A stretch of 64,000 bases of DNA, taken from the IMG/VR virus record IMGVR_UViG_3300027896_004848; one strand, 5' to 3'. Below the pieces are notes generated by a model. The model saw only the letters and a program-made list of their open reading frames with translations. It ran no database searches and was not told the origin of the DNA. The DNA comes from an uncultured virus (IMG/VR IMGVR_UViG_3300027896_004848). Its lineage: Duplodnaviria > Heunggongvirae > Uroviricota > Caudoviricetes. A program made the position numbers and the translations under genes. Every line of letters starts with the position of its first letter. Within the stretch, counting starts at the first letter, position 1. This document shows positions 40,579-50,947 of the stretch, piece by piece.

Positions 40579-41670
40579 ATGTTTTTAAAAATTTCTAGAG
40601 CTGTCTTAAAAGACGCCATAACTAAAACAAAATATGCTTTGCCTAAAAAGCCACTTAATCCAGTGTTAAGTCATTTTGTTTTTGAGGTGACTAAAAACAA
40701 TCTTGTTATTAAAACAACAGACGGTACCTTATCTTGTTTTTGGAAAGGGGCTGTTGAGTCCGATAAAGCCTTTAGTTTTACAATAGACAACGCTCTAATA
40801 AAAGGAATCCTTACTTCTTTAAAAGATGAATATGTAACAATTGAGTGGCAGGATGACTCTAAAAATTCAGACGCCTTTAAACTGACCTGCGGCAGATATG
40901 AGCTTATATTTTCATCAGGAAATTTACGGGACTATCCTAAAATAGACCTACCAAATGATGAAAGTATGATTGCTCTTCCTAATAATTTCTCTGATATACT
41001 TGAATCTGTATATTTTTCAATAGGCAACCCGAAGATACAGACTAATTATAAAGGTCTTTGTCTGGAGGTAAATAGACAGACAGGTATCTTGGAAGTCACA
41101 GGGACTGATAATTTTAGATTAAGCCACGCTTCCTGTGTAATTGAAACAGCCTCTTCATTTAAAATAGTAGTGCCAAAAGAAGCTGTTTCAGAGGTGATTA
41201 AGCTTTCTCCAAATTATATGTATTATGATCAGGTACAGAACAAGATACACTTTAAACTTGCTACGGAAGCTACAATCTTTTTGACAGCAATTACTAGAAA
41301 CTTAGCCTTTCCAAATGTATATAAATTTGTGGATTCTTCTTATGAGGGAGAGCCTCTTTGCTTGAAGACCTCGGATTTTTTGGACATGCTAAAAAGATTA
41401 AGGCATTCGTCTGATAAGGATGATAAAAAAATAAATATACAAATATCAAATAATAATCTTGTAGCCTGTACCAGTAGCTTTAAGGTAAAGGCCAAGGAGT
41501 CTATTCCTATTTCAGCAATAGGGGAATATAAATTCACTTTAAATATCGATTTTATAATAGAATATTTCTCTAAAGCTAAAGAAGACGAAGTGACTTTTAA
41601 AATAGTAAATAATGATTTTATTCTATTTGAAAAACCAAGTTATCGTCATATTTTATCAGTTACTGCCTGA
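40579..41670 (+). CDS. dnaN: DNA polymerase III beta sliding clamp
   Basis: 363 aa; P.LS, TTD, DYP, GTDNFRL, FPN motifs. Confidence 0.85.
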   Translation: MFLKISRAVLKDAITKTKYALPKKPLNPVLSHFVFEVTKNNLVIKTTDGTLSCFWKGAVESDKAFSFTIDNALIKGILTSLKDEYVTIEWQDDSKNSDAFKLTCGRYELIFSSGNLRDYPKIDLPNDESMIALPNNFSDILESVYFSIGNPKIQTNYKGLCLEVNRQTGILEVTGTDNFRLSHASCVIETASSFKIVVPKEAVSEVIKLSPNYMYYDQVQNKIHFKLATEATIFLTAITRNLAFPNVYKFVDSSYEGEPLCLKTSDFLDMLKRLRHSSDKDDKKINIQISNNNLVACTSSFKVKAKESIPISAIGEYKFTLNIDFIIEYFSKAKEDEVTFKIVNNDFILFEKPSYRHILSVTA

Positions 41671-41690
41671 AAATGTAGTGGGGGGAAATA

Positions 41691-43013
41691 ATGTCATTGA
41701 CCAATAAGTACCGGCCTATGCAGTTTAAGGATATTGTCGACCAAGACACAAATATAAAGATACTAAAAGGCTTGATAAGTTTTAAAAAGTTTAAGCAGCC
41801 TATAATGCTCACAGGATTTTCTGGAGCTGGTAAAACGACATTAGCAAGAGTATATGCAAAGACTATTCTTTGTAAAAATAGAAGCGAAGCATTAGAACCC
41901 TGTAATACTTGCGACAGCTGTAAATCTTTTTTATCAGATTCTCATATATCTTATCTTGAAATAGATGCCGCCAGTAATGGGGGGGTAGATGACATAAAAC
42001 AACTAAAAGAAGATTCTTTTTTTAAATCCTTGGGAGAGTGTGACTTTAGAATAGTTGTGATAGACGAGTGTCATGCAATGTCCAATCAGGCTAACAAGGC
42101 TTTATTTAAACAGCTAGAAGACAATACCCAAAATCAAATTTATATATTTTGTACAACAGAGCCAGACAGCATGGCCCCAGAGATTCGTTCAAGATGCTTT
42201 GAGTTGCCCATAAATAAAGTCTCAAAAGAAGCTTTATTAAAAAGACTACAAGAAATATGCCTAACTGAAAATATAGAATTTGAAGAAAAAGCTTTGGAGC
42301 TAATAGCTACGGTAAAGGCACCTAATGTCAGAAATGCTATAAAGACACTAGATTATTTACATCATTTGGGCAAGATAACGAAAGTGAATGTTGAAAATCA
42401 TTTAGGAATTGATAAAGAAAGTGCTTATTTGACTTTACTTCATAACATAAAAACTAACATGAAACAGGTATTCTCTGACTTAGAAGATCTACTAAAAAGA
42501 GAGACGTCTCGCAATATCTATGAAGGACTGATTGAAAACACGCTTAAATGTCTAAAATTAAAATACGACTTAAACTATTTTTTCAATGATAATTCAGTAT
42601 TATTGGCGAGAAATATATTAGGTATATATCGAAAAGAGGAGCTTCTTATTATGCTAGACGTGCTCTCTCATAGAAACATATATGCTGATAGAAGCATGTT
42701 GGAAGCCGATCTTTATATTATTCATCAAGAAATACAGATAGAAAATACTGATAAAAAACCCAACTCTGGAGAAAGCGGTCCCACCAATTACAAGCCTATG
42801 CCTAAAAAAGATAATCCAGTGAACACAGCAGAAATTTTAGAAAGATATAAAGCTTTTTCACCAGAAGTAGCATTGATGATGCATAAATGTAAAAATTCTA
42901 CTTTAAAAAACACTGAGGTATCTGTAAAATTATTACAGGATGTTATTGATTATAAAAAGAATATTTCAAAAATGGCTTTGAAAAAACTCCTAGAAACGGG
43001 AAATAAGACTTGA
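41691..43013 (+). CDS. dnaX: Clamp loader gamma/tau subunit
   Basis: KYRP, G..GAGKTT, PC..C.SC, EIDAAS, IDECH, SRC. Confidence 0.92.
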   Translation: MSLTNKYRPMQFKDIVDQDTNIKILKGLISFKKFKQPIMLTGFSGAGKTTLARVYAKTILCKNRSEALEPCNTCDSCKSFLSDSHISYLEIDAASNGGVDDIKQLKEDSFFKSLGECDFRIVVIDECHAMSNQANKALFKQLEDNTQNQIYIFCTTEPDSMAPEIRSRCFELPINKVSKEALLKRLQEICLTENIEFEEKALELIATVKAPNVRNAIKTLDYLHHLGKITKVNVENHLGIDKESAYLTLLHNIKTNMKQVFSDLEDLLKRETSRNIYEGLIENTLKCLKLKYDLNYFFNDNSVLLARNILGIYRKEELLIMLDVLSHRNIYADRSMLEADLYIIHQEIQIENTDKKPNSGESGPTNYKPMPKKDNPVNTAEILERYKAFSPEVALMMHKCKNSTLKNTEVSVKLLQDVIDYKKNISKMALKKLLETGNKT

Positions 43014-43732
43014 AGAAGTGGATAATACTCCAGTTGACATTAAAGGGTGAGAATCTTTTAGAAGAGGATCCGGCAGTCATTGAATCAGTCATAAAAAGAA
43101 ATTTTAATGGAGGCTACTTTCTACCGCTTTTCTATGATAAAAATAAGAATTACAATAATAAGATTTTTTTGATGAGGGGTTACGTGTTCTTGGAGCACTC
43201 AGAAGCTTATGCTAAAGCTTATATTAAGCTTGTAAATACACCCTATTTTAGTAGCTTTTTACCCAACAATATCAAATTTCATTTAATATCAGATTATGAA
43301 GTAAATAAGCTGAAGAAAAAGTTGAAGGTGCTGCTTAACCCTAAAATTAAGGCAGGAGACTTGGTCAGAGTACTTGACGGCAAATTTAAGAATTTGAAAG
43401 CTTATGTAACCGAATGTCACTTAAAGGAAAATTCGGCTGATTTGGAAATAAAATTGAGATGTTTAAGTATTATAGCTCCATCTGTACCTTTAATGTTTTT
43501 AGAAAAAGCTGATGTAAATGAGGCCGATGTTTCTAAAATCTATTCTATTCGAGATAAAATTTTAGATATTTTGGCAAATATACCTAAAGGATTGACTAAA
43601 ACAGATATGGCAGATTATTTGTCTTTATCAGAAGAAGAAATAAAACTTTTGCCTTCTTATCTTTCTAAGCTTCTTAAAATGAAAAAAATTATATACGACT
43701 CGCAAAATGAGGCTTATATCTACAAGACCTAA
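43010..43732 (+). CDS. NusG-like factor (NGN+KOW) with C-terminal wHTH
   Basis: W.IL, GYVFLE, GDLVRVLDGKFKNLKAYV; extra C-terminal helix-turn-helix. Confidence 0.75.
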   Translation: MKKWIILQLTLKGENLLEEDPAVIESVIKRNFNGGYFLPLFYDKNKNYNNKIFLMRGYVFLEHSEAYAKAYIKLVNTPYFSSFLPNNIKFHLISDYEVNKLKKKLKVLLNPKIKAGDLVRVLDGKFKNLKAYVTECHLKENSADLEIKLRCLSIIAPSVPLMFLEKADVNEADVSKIYSIRDKILDILANIPKGLTKTDMADYLSLSEEEIKLLPSYLSKLLKMKKIIYDSQNEAYIYKT

Positions 43733-43756
43733 ATTGCCATCTGTGGGGGGTGTTTT

Positions 43757-44386
43757 TTGGGAATTTATATAAAACATATGGACTCCAATGAGCTGGAGAC
43801 CAGATTCTCAAATGAGAATAAAATCAAGTATTTAGACAAGGATTTTTCATATACTTTTCAGGATCTTGAGCCCTATTTGGATTTGCTACCTGAAAAGGAA
43901 TATGACCTCATTGTTATGTATTATCTTTTGAAAAAAGAGCAAAAAGAGATTGCTAAGATTTTAAACCTTACTCAAGGTGGGGTATCCCACAGGTTGTCTA
44001 GGGCTAAAAGTAGATTAAAATTTTTAATAAAGATACCCAAGTTTACAAAGGAAGATCTTTTTGAGGATTTAAAAGAACTTTTTTGTGAGCTTGACTTGCA
44101 AATTTTATGGGGTCTTTATGAAACAACCTGCCAAAGTGTTGTAGCTAAGCAGGTAGGGATGACTCAAAGTAGAGTAAGACATCGCTTTGTGAAAGATTTG
44201 GCTATACTAAAAAAGCATAATAAGGACAAGAGATATCAAAAATACTATAAAGCTTTTGACCTGATAAGTAATGATAATTTCAATATTCTTCGGGAAATCA
44301 AATTACCTAAGTGGGAATATAAAAATAAGTCATATTTAGATTATGTAGGTCAAAGTGCAATTAAAGTGCCGCGAAAAAAAGAATAA
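43757..44386 (+). CDS. Tandem sigma70 region-4 HTH protein
   Basis: LPEKE....Y....QKEIA..L..TQGGVSHRL.RA and a second QSVVA..GMTQSRVRHR. Confidence 0.75.
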   Translation: MGIYIKHMDSNELETRFSNENKIKYLDKDFSYTFQDLEPYLDLLPEKEYDLIVMYYLLKKEQKEIAKILNLTQGGVSHRLSRAKSRLKFLIKIPKFTKEDLFEDLKELFCELDLQILWGLYETTCQSVVAKQVGMTQSRVRHRFVKDLAILKKHNKDKRYQKYYKAFDLISNDNFNILREIKLPKWEYKNKSYLDYVGQSAIKVPRKKE

Positions 44387-45099
44387 GATTCTAGATTCTG
44401 ATAGAGGAATACGGGTCTTATCCAGAGCAATTTACCGTAAGCTTAAGGATAATAATTTCAGCAGAGAAGAAATCCTAAAACTAATAGGGGAGATTATGGG
44501 TCTGGTAACAGCTGACATAAAGAAGTCACAACAGTAACTGTTGGTATTCTACTAATAAAATTAAGGTATTAGGGTGTAGCTATGCAAAGACCGGTATATA
44601 GAATTATCAAAGCTTTTTATAACAACTATTGTGAACCTCTTAATCAAATGATGTATCCCGATAGACAAATACCGTACTATCCAGAACAAGAAGAAACCTA
44701 TACTGATCTATCTCAACTAGATTCTGAACACGGTGGACTTACAATGAAGGAAAGATATCCTTTTAATTATCCTCCTACCGTATGGAATAACCCCTCTTGG
44801 GCTGATGGGGATCTTCGCAGTCCTTACAAAAATGACTGGCTTCAATATGAAAATTTTGCGCCATATGATAACTTCTCTATATTTGATCATTTAAAGGGTG
44901 GCAAAATAAAGGTAAAAGATAATACAGTTAAGGTTGCTTGTATGGATTTAACTGACTTTTTTAAGTGCTCTTCTGATATTCTAATACATAAAAGTAAGCA
45001 TGATTTATGGAAAGTGTTAAAGGATGAAACAGGAGAGATTTACATAAAAAGACTATTTCCTGATAATAAAATTTTAAAAGACTAATTGGAGGCGCTGAG

Positions 45100-46851
45100 A
45101 TGGCTACTTTAGGTGATATTAGTAAATTTTTAGGGGATTCAAATAAGATAACTGATTATAGCTGGTTGGATATTGACCCAAAAGACTATAAAAATATGCC
45201 ATTTGATCCAATACCTCAGTATGTTGTTATTCCTAAACTACAAGAAGCTTGGAGGCATACTAACGATTCAAATGCTAATCCTAATTTAGTACCTAATATA
45301 GATCTTAATTTTAATAAGACTCCAGCTAAAGCTGCTCCTGCCCCTACTCCAGAAAATATTCATAATTTTATAAATTTTTTAAAGACACAGTCGGTGACTT
45401 TAAAGAAAAAAGATGATTTACTAGATATTATAAAAAACTGCTCGTCATCTGAGTTAAGAAAAGCTGCAAAAGCAGACTTGGAAAAACTGGCTTCTGAATA
45501 TGGCCTTTTATGGAATGTCTATATTGATCCTAGTATCTTTTCAAATTGTCAGCAGGGTGCTGCTTTTTTAAATAAAAAAGCTAAGTCAGCACTTTATGTC
45601 AAAGCCATGAGTAAATGTGCTGATTGTATCCACAATACAAATAACAGATGTGCTTCGTATAAAAAAGATATAGTAAGTGAAATACCTTTTAATGATAGCT
45701 TATTTGGCTTCTATTCAGCCCATTTAAGCGGTGTACACGGTATGCCTATAAGGGTATCTTCGGTATCTGAGTTAAGAAATGCTTTTCTTACTACGCCAAA
45801 ATATGATGTACCGGTAGCAGAATTTAAACCTTCTATGCTTGAGAGAGAAGGTATGACTCTAGAAGAAAAAGAACAAGAATTTAAAGAAGAGCTTGCAGAA
45901 ATAAAACAGGATCTTTTAAATATAGATAAAGAAAAGGTATCCAAAGATCTGGGATTACAGCTTTCTTTAGGATATAAAGGTAAGGTTTTAAAAGGCTATA
46001 TAAATCAAAAATATTCAAAAGAAGAACTATCTATATATAAGGATGTCTTTACAGCGGTACTTTCTAAACAGGGTTCTTTAGGGCAAGTGTATTTTGACCC
46101 AACATATTTACCTTTTAAAAATTGTCGTGAAGCTCGGGTGCTTAAAAATACCAAGAATCAACTTGTTAAATTTATAGTGATCCCAAATGGAAAAGAAGAT
46201 TTTTGTAATTGTGGTGAGCCTTCCTGTAAAAATCTTAATGTAACGAAAATACCGAATTTAAAGAGTCTACCTAAAGTCGAATGGGAACAGGCTATAAAAA
46301 GCTATCCAAAAGAAATAGTGGGTAAAGTGTTACCTATATATAAGGCTAATCCTGAAAAAGGTATAAGGCTGGCATGTCTGCAAAATGACCTTATAGACTA
46401 TATTTATAAAAAAGAAGAGACTTATGATCTAAAGACTTCTTGTGATTCTTGCGACACTTGTGCTGCTGAGACTTCTAAATATAATATTACAGTAGATAAA
46501 ATCATAGTTGCTTTAAAAGATAAAAAATTGCCTATAAGTAGTATAATTCGTGCCGGTAAGAAGCTTGCTGCCGATGACAAAGTAATAGCTAAAATTGAAG
46601 AAGCTCTTACCAAGCTTCCTTTTATAAGAGCCTATCAGCTGGATAGAGAAGTGAAAGTACCAGAAAGTCTAAAAGTTGTATCTTCAGATAAAGAAATAGC
46701 TAATGCAAAGACTGGAGTAGTCTCATCTATTGAGGCTCCTGTAACAAATTCTGTTATGGATTACGGTCTTGTGACATCTGAGGTTACGATTGAGGCTTCA
46801 GAGAAAAAGGACGATATTGAAATATCTGGTTTGGCTGAATTTAATATTTGA
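45100..46851 (+). CDS. Large Cys-containing protein of the head gene cluster
   Basis: Two related GL.G/W.VY.DP..F.NC repeats; upstream of terminase. Confidence 0.4.
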   Translation: MATLGDISKFLGDSNKITDYSWLDIDPKDYKNMPFDPIPQYVVIPKLQEAWRHTNDSNANPNLVPNIDLNFNKTPAKAAPAPTPENIHNFINFLKTQSVTLKKKDDLLDIIKNCSSSELRKAAKADLEKLASEYGLLWNVYIDPSIFSNCQQGAAFLNKKAKSALYVKAMSKCADCIHNTNNRCASYKKDIVSEIPFNDSLFGFYSAHLSGVHGMPIRVSSVSELRNAFLTTPKYDVPVAEFKPSMLEREGMTLEEKEQEFKEELAEIKQDLLNIDKEKVSKDLGLQLSLGYKGKVLKGYINQKYSKEELSIYKDVFTAVLSKQGSLGQVYFDPTYLPFKNCREARVLKNTKNQLVKFIVIPNGKEDFCNCGEPSCKNLNVTKIPNLKSLPKVEWEQAIKSYPKEIVGKVLPIYKANPEKGIRLACLQNDLIDYIYKKEETYDLKTSCDSCDTCAAETSKYNITVDKIIVALKDKKLPISSIIRAGKKLAADDKVIAKIEEALTKLPFIRAYQLDREVKVPESLKVVSSDKEIANAKTGVVSSIEAPVTNSVMDYGLVTSEVTIEASEKKDDIEISGLAEFNI

Positions 46852-46874
46852 TTTAAAAAGAGACTGAGACAGTT

Positions 46875-47399
46875 ATGGCGAGTGAGAAAAAAGACAAAGA
46901 TATCATTATAGTACCACCCTCAACAGAAATAGCCGCAGTACCTTCTATTATAACATTGCCTAATAAAGAAGAATTGTTGAAAAATGACGATATTATAAAG
47001 GGTATTGTAGAAGGTAGTAGTACCTTTGAATTAATAGATCTTGTGTTAGCAGAGCTTGCCGCTGACTGTACTCATTTAAAATATGAGCGTATGAAGAGGG
47101 ATGCTAACAATCAGGACGTAGACCGTGTTGTCTTGAGACATGCTAATATTCTTAAGATGATCAACGACGCTTTAATCCAAAAAAGGACTCTAGCACTTAA
47201 TGACATAATTAATCTGAGATCGCCACAATGGCAGCTTGTTTTTGAGGAGCTTCTCAAGAAGATGAAGCAGACTTTAATGGATATAAGTTTAAGCTCGGAG
47301 CAGATGGAATTGTTTTTTGAAAAATTTAATAAAAATATTGAGGGGTTTGAGGAGCAGACAGAGCTTAAATTGAAAGATACCCTTACCAATGCAGGGTAA
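46875..47399 (+). CDS. Putative terminase small subunit
   Basis: Helical 174-aa ORF immediately upstream of the large subunit (position only). Confidence 0.4.
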   Translation: MASEKKDKDIIIVPPSTEIAAVPSIITLPNKEELLKNDDIIKGIVEGSSTFELIDLVLAELAADCTHLKYERMKRDANNQDVDRVVLRHANILKMINDALIQKRTLALNDIINLRSPQWQLVFEELLKKMKQTLMDISLSSEQMELFFEKFNKNIEGFEEQTELKLKDTLTNAG

Positions 47400-50300
47400 T
47401 TGATGGCAGAGAGCACATTAAGTAAGCTAACAGCTAATTATGTAAAGTCTTTAAATGACGTCACTGATGTAAAAGATATAATCACATTCTTAGAAGCTCC
47501 TTGGGGTCTTAATCTTAATGAGACCACACAGCCTCTATTACCGGTACAAAAATTTATATTGAGACTGTATTACAAGCTACCTTTAAATGAAAAAGATTTT
47601 ACCATAACTGTGACAGATAAATATAATGAAAGAGCTTTGTATAAATTTACTGAAACAGAATACTTACAGTTTTTATATAAAGAAGGGCGCTGTAATATAC
47701 AATATCAAGATAATAAGCCAAGAAATGAATTGGTGCTTGTCATTGGAAGAAGAGGAAGTAAATGTTTTACTTTTGATTCTTTTATTACAACAACAGTAGG
47801 CACTATAACAGTTAAAGAGCTTTTTGATAGGCTGTCTTTAAAAGAAAAAATTGGTATTTTTACATATAATAAAGATACTTGGAAAAAATATATAACCTAT
47901 AACATAAAAGCAGAATATAATGGACTAAAACCTTCTTTAAAAATAACAACGGGTTGTGGTAGATCGGACAGTATAACAACAGAACATCCATATTTTGTTT
48001 GGAGAGATAGCTGGCTAGAGCCACAATGGATTAATGCTTCGGAGTTACAAATTGGAGATTCTTTAGCAGTAGCACGATCTCAAGAATTATTTGGCAACAC
48101 ATCTATAGGTGCTCATAAGGCAAAATTATTAGGATATTTATTAGGTGATGGTGGTTTGACTTCTGGTGTTAAATTTACTAATATGAATAAAGCTATTATT
48201 AATGAAATTCAAGAAATATTAACAAAAGATTTTCCTAATCATAAATGTATAGGATCTAAAAAAAATAAAGTTCTCTTGTGGCTAAAAGAAATAAATGAGT
48301 ATAATAAAAAATCGAAAGAAAAAAGAATTCCAGATTGTATTAAAAAAGCACCAAAAGATGAAATATCTTTATTTTTAAATAGACTTTTTAGTTGTGACGG
48401 CTATGTAGCTATAGATATTCCTAGAAAAAGTCATAAATCACCAAAATGTATAATTGCTATAACATCAGCTTCAAAATTTTTTATAGAGGATATTCAAAGA
48501 GAACTGTTAAAATTTGGAATTATGTCTTATTGTACGTATATAAAACCTACTTTTAAAGATAAAGTTTATGATGCTTGGAAGCTTTGTATAGCCGATAGTG
48601 CTTCTATTATAAAATTTGCTAATGAAATAAATATTTATCAAAAAGAAGATAAAATAAATAAAGCTAAAGAAATTTGTTTAATTAAGGGTAAAAATAAATT
48701 TAAGCTTGGGTATCTGCCAAAAGGTGCTTTAACTAGAGTTTTAAAAATAAAAAAAGATAAAAATTTAAAAAACTATGAAATTTATGGGGGTACCTCAAAA
48801 GATAATGAAAGACTAAAAAACTATACTTTGCAAAAAGAAAAAGCAATTAAATATGCTAAAAATATAGGAGATACTCTTTTAGAAAATATTGCTGGATCAG
48901 AAATTTGTTGGGATAAAATAAAAACTATTGAAAATTTAGGCATAAGAGAGACAGTAGCTTTAGAGGTTGCTGATACAAACATTATTGGGAATGACATAAT
49001 ATCTCATAATTCCACACTCTCATCTTGGATAGCCGCTTACGAGGTATACCGTCTTTTAAGGTTGTATCATCCTCAAAAATTTTATAGTATGCTCCCTGAT
49101 GATGAAATTCATCTTACAGCAATAGCTACTGCAGAAGATCAAGCCAATCTTCTTTTTAGACAAATTACTTCACATTTTGCAAAATGCACATATTTTCATA
49201 GGTACATGAATAAGCCGACACTTGATAGAGTGTCTATAAGAAGCCGTCGGGATCTTGAAAAGTATGGAGAAGAGGGCAGGGCTTCTATTTTGATTAAATC
49301 AGCTGCTTGTTCTGCTAGAGCTGTCCGTGGTGCTGGTAATATTTTAGTAATAATGGATGAGCAAGCTCATTTTTTGGAAGAAAAGTCCCAGTCTAATAGG
49401 TCAGATAAATCTGTATATGATGCTATTACTCCTTCAGTTGCCCAGTTTGGGATGGATGGTAAAATCATAAATATATCCTCACCTTTAAATAAATCAGGGG
49501 TACTTTGGGATTTATATAATCAGGCATTGAGTGGGGCAGAGCATTTACTAATGATAAAAGCACCAAGTTGGGAAGTAAATACAACACTTTCCTCAAACTT
49601 TTTAAAAGCTCGTCATAACTCCGACCCTGTTATGTATGACTGTGAATTTGGGGCTGATTTTTCAGATAGAGTGAAGTCATGGATGCCTGAAGATTATTTA
49701 AGACAAGTAATAGACAAGCAATTAAAACCAAAATCAAATGGTCGGCAAAAGACTCCTTATTTTATGGGTGTAGATATAGGTCTAAAAGGTGATGGTACTT
49801 CTATTGCTATTACTCATGTAGAAAAAGTGCGAGAAGAGATTAAAGAGACAATAGTGTTTACTGATAAAATAGAATTGGATTTGTGTGATGTAATATACGC
49901 TGGCGAAGGCGCTTATGAAAAAGCTGAGATACTTGATTTTGAATTGGTAGCTGACTGGATTCAAAATCTTTGTAATAAGTTTTATATAGTAAAGGGACTC
50001 ATTGACCAACATAACGGTGTCTTGGCAGTACAGAATTTAATGAAAAGGGGTCTTTCACAATTTGATATGGTCTATCATACAAGGACTTTTAATTCCGATC
50101 TTTATCAAAATTTTATGATGTTAGTGATAGATAAGAAGTTAAGACTGTATAATGACGTAAAGGATCCTTATTCTGATAGTGAGTTGATTGAGGAGTTACT
50201 AAAATTGCAAGTAAAACAATATTCTAGACATACGATAGAAGTAGAGGCACCTAAGATTACTGGAGCCCATGATGATAGAGCTGACGCACTTGTAAGAAGT

Positions 50301-50492
50301 GTCTGGCTTGCTACAGAAGCATTAAGAAATGGGCATATAGGGTCTGGCTTGAGTCTTGCTAATAATAGATATACTGGAATACGAGATGCTAATCAGTATG
50401 CTTTAATGAAATCCCGTATTCATAATATTACAGATAATACTAGGCTTATTAAAAAGCATAAATTGCATAATTGGGCCAAGAAGTATGGATAG
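47400..50492 (+). CDS. terL: Terminase large subunit containing an intein
   Basis: Walker A GRRGSK/S, IMDEQAH, ISSP, EFGADF, GVDIG..D, HDDRAD. Confidence 0.92.
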   Translation: MMAESTLSKLTANYVKSLNDVTDVKDIITFLEAPWGLNLNETTQPLLPVQKFILRLYYKLPLNEKDFTITVTDKYNERALYKFTETEYLQFLYKEGRCNIQYQDNKPRNELVLVIGRRGSKCFTFDSFITTTVGTITVKELFDRLSLKEKIGIFTYNKDTWKKYITYNIKAEYNGLKPSLKITTGCGRSDSITTEHPYFVWRDSWLEPQWINASELQIGDSLAVARSQELFGNTSIGAHKAKLLGYLLGDGGLTSGVKFTNMNKAIINEIQEILTKDFPNHKCIGSKKNKVLLWLKEINEYNKKSKEKRIPDCIKKAPKDEISLFLNRLFSCDGYVAIDIPRKSHKSPKCIIAITSASKFFIEDIQRELLKFGIMSYCTYIKPTFKDKVYDAWKLCIADSASIIKFANEINIYQKEDKINKAKEICLIKGKNKFKLGYLPKGALTRVLKIKKDKNLKNYEIYGGTSKDNERLKNYTLQKEKAIKYAKNIGDTLLENIAGSEICWDKIKTIENLGIRETVALEVADTNIIGNDIISHNSTLSSWIAAYEVYRLLRLYHPQKFYSMLPDDEIHLTAIATAEDQANLLFRQITSHFAKCTYFHRYMNKPTLDRVSIRSRRDLEKYGEEGRASILIKSAACSARAVRGAGNILVIMDEQAHFLEEKSQSNRSDKSVYDAITPSVAQFGMDGKIINISSPLNKSGVLWDLYNQALSGAEHLLMIKAPSWEVNTTLSSNFLKARHNSDPVMYDCEFGADFSDRVKSWMPEDYLRQVIDKQLKPKSNGRQKTPYFMGVDIGLKGDGTSIAITHVEKVREEIKETIVFTDKIELDLCDVIYAGEGAYEKAEILDFELVADWIQNLCNKFYIVKGLIDQHNGVLAVQNLMKRGLSQFDMVYHTRTFNSDLYQNFMMLVIDKKLRLYNDVKDPYSDSELIEELLKLQVKQYSRHTIEVEAPKITGAHDDRADALVRSVWLATEALRNGHIGSGLSLANNRYTGIRDANQYALMKSRIHNITDNTRLIKKHKLHNWAKKYG
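47763..49010 (+). mobile_element. 416-aa intein with LAGLIDADG homing endonuclease
   Basis: K/CFT start, T.EHP block B, LLGYLLGDG and LFSCDG motifs, SHN/S end. Confidence 0.93.
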
Positions 50493-50947
50493 AAAAATTT
50501 TAGACGCTTATCAGACAGCTAGAAGAAGTATTGACTTTCTTTTAGAGGAATTTCGTAAATTTTATGGTAAAGAATATGAAAAGAGGACTAGTAATTCACT
50601 TATTTTTATTAAAAAGAATGTAGAGAAGCTTTCCTTTATTAATAAGCTATTATCGGGGATATCTACAGAAGCTTCTGGCGTAAAAGTGGATGCTGCTATA
50701 ATGAATAAAATAGCGACTTTACAACGAAATATACAGGTAGATTTAAAGAGTCTTTCTGATGCTTTTTCTGATCTCAGAGGACAATATGTTAAGGCATCAG
50801 TGACAGATTCCCAAAAACTTAAAGATAGTATGGATAGACTACTTTTGTCTTATAGAACCGTGAAAGGATTATATATTGATTTTGAGATAGCTGAAGATAG
50901 ACCTGTCCGTACGACATTTTCAAAGAATAAAAAGAGGGTGGACGAAT

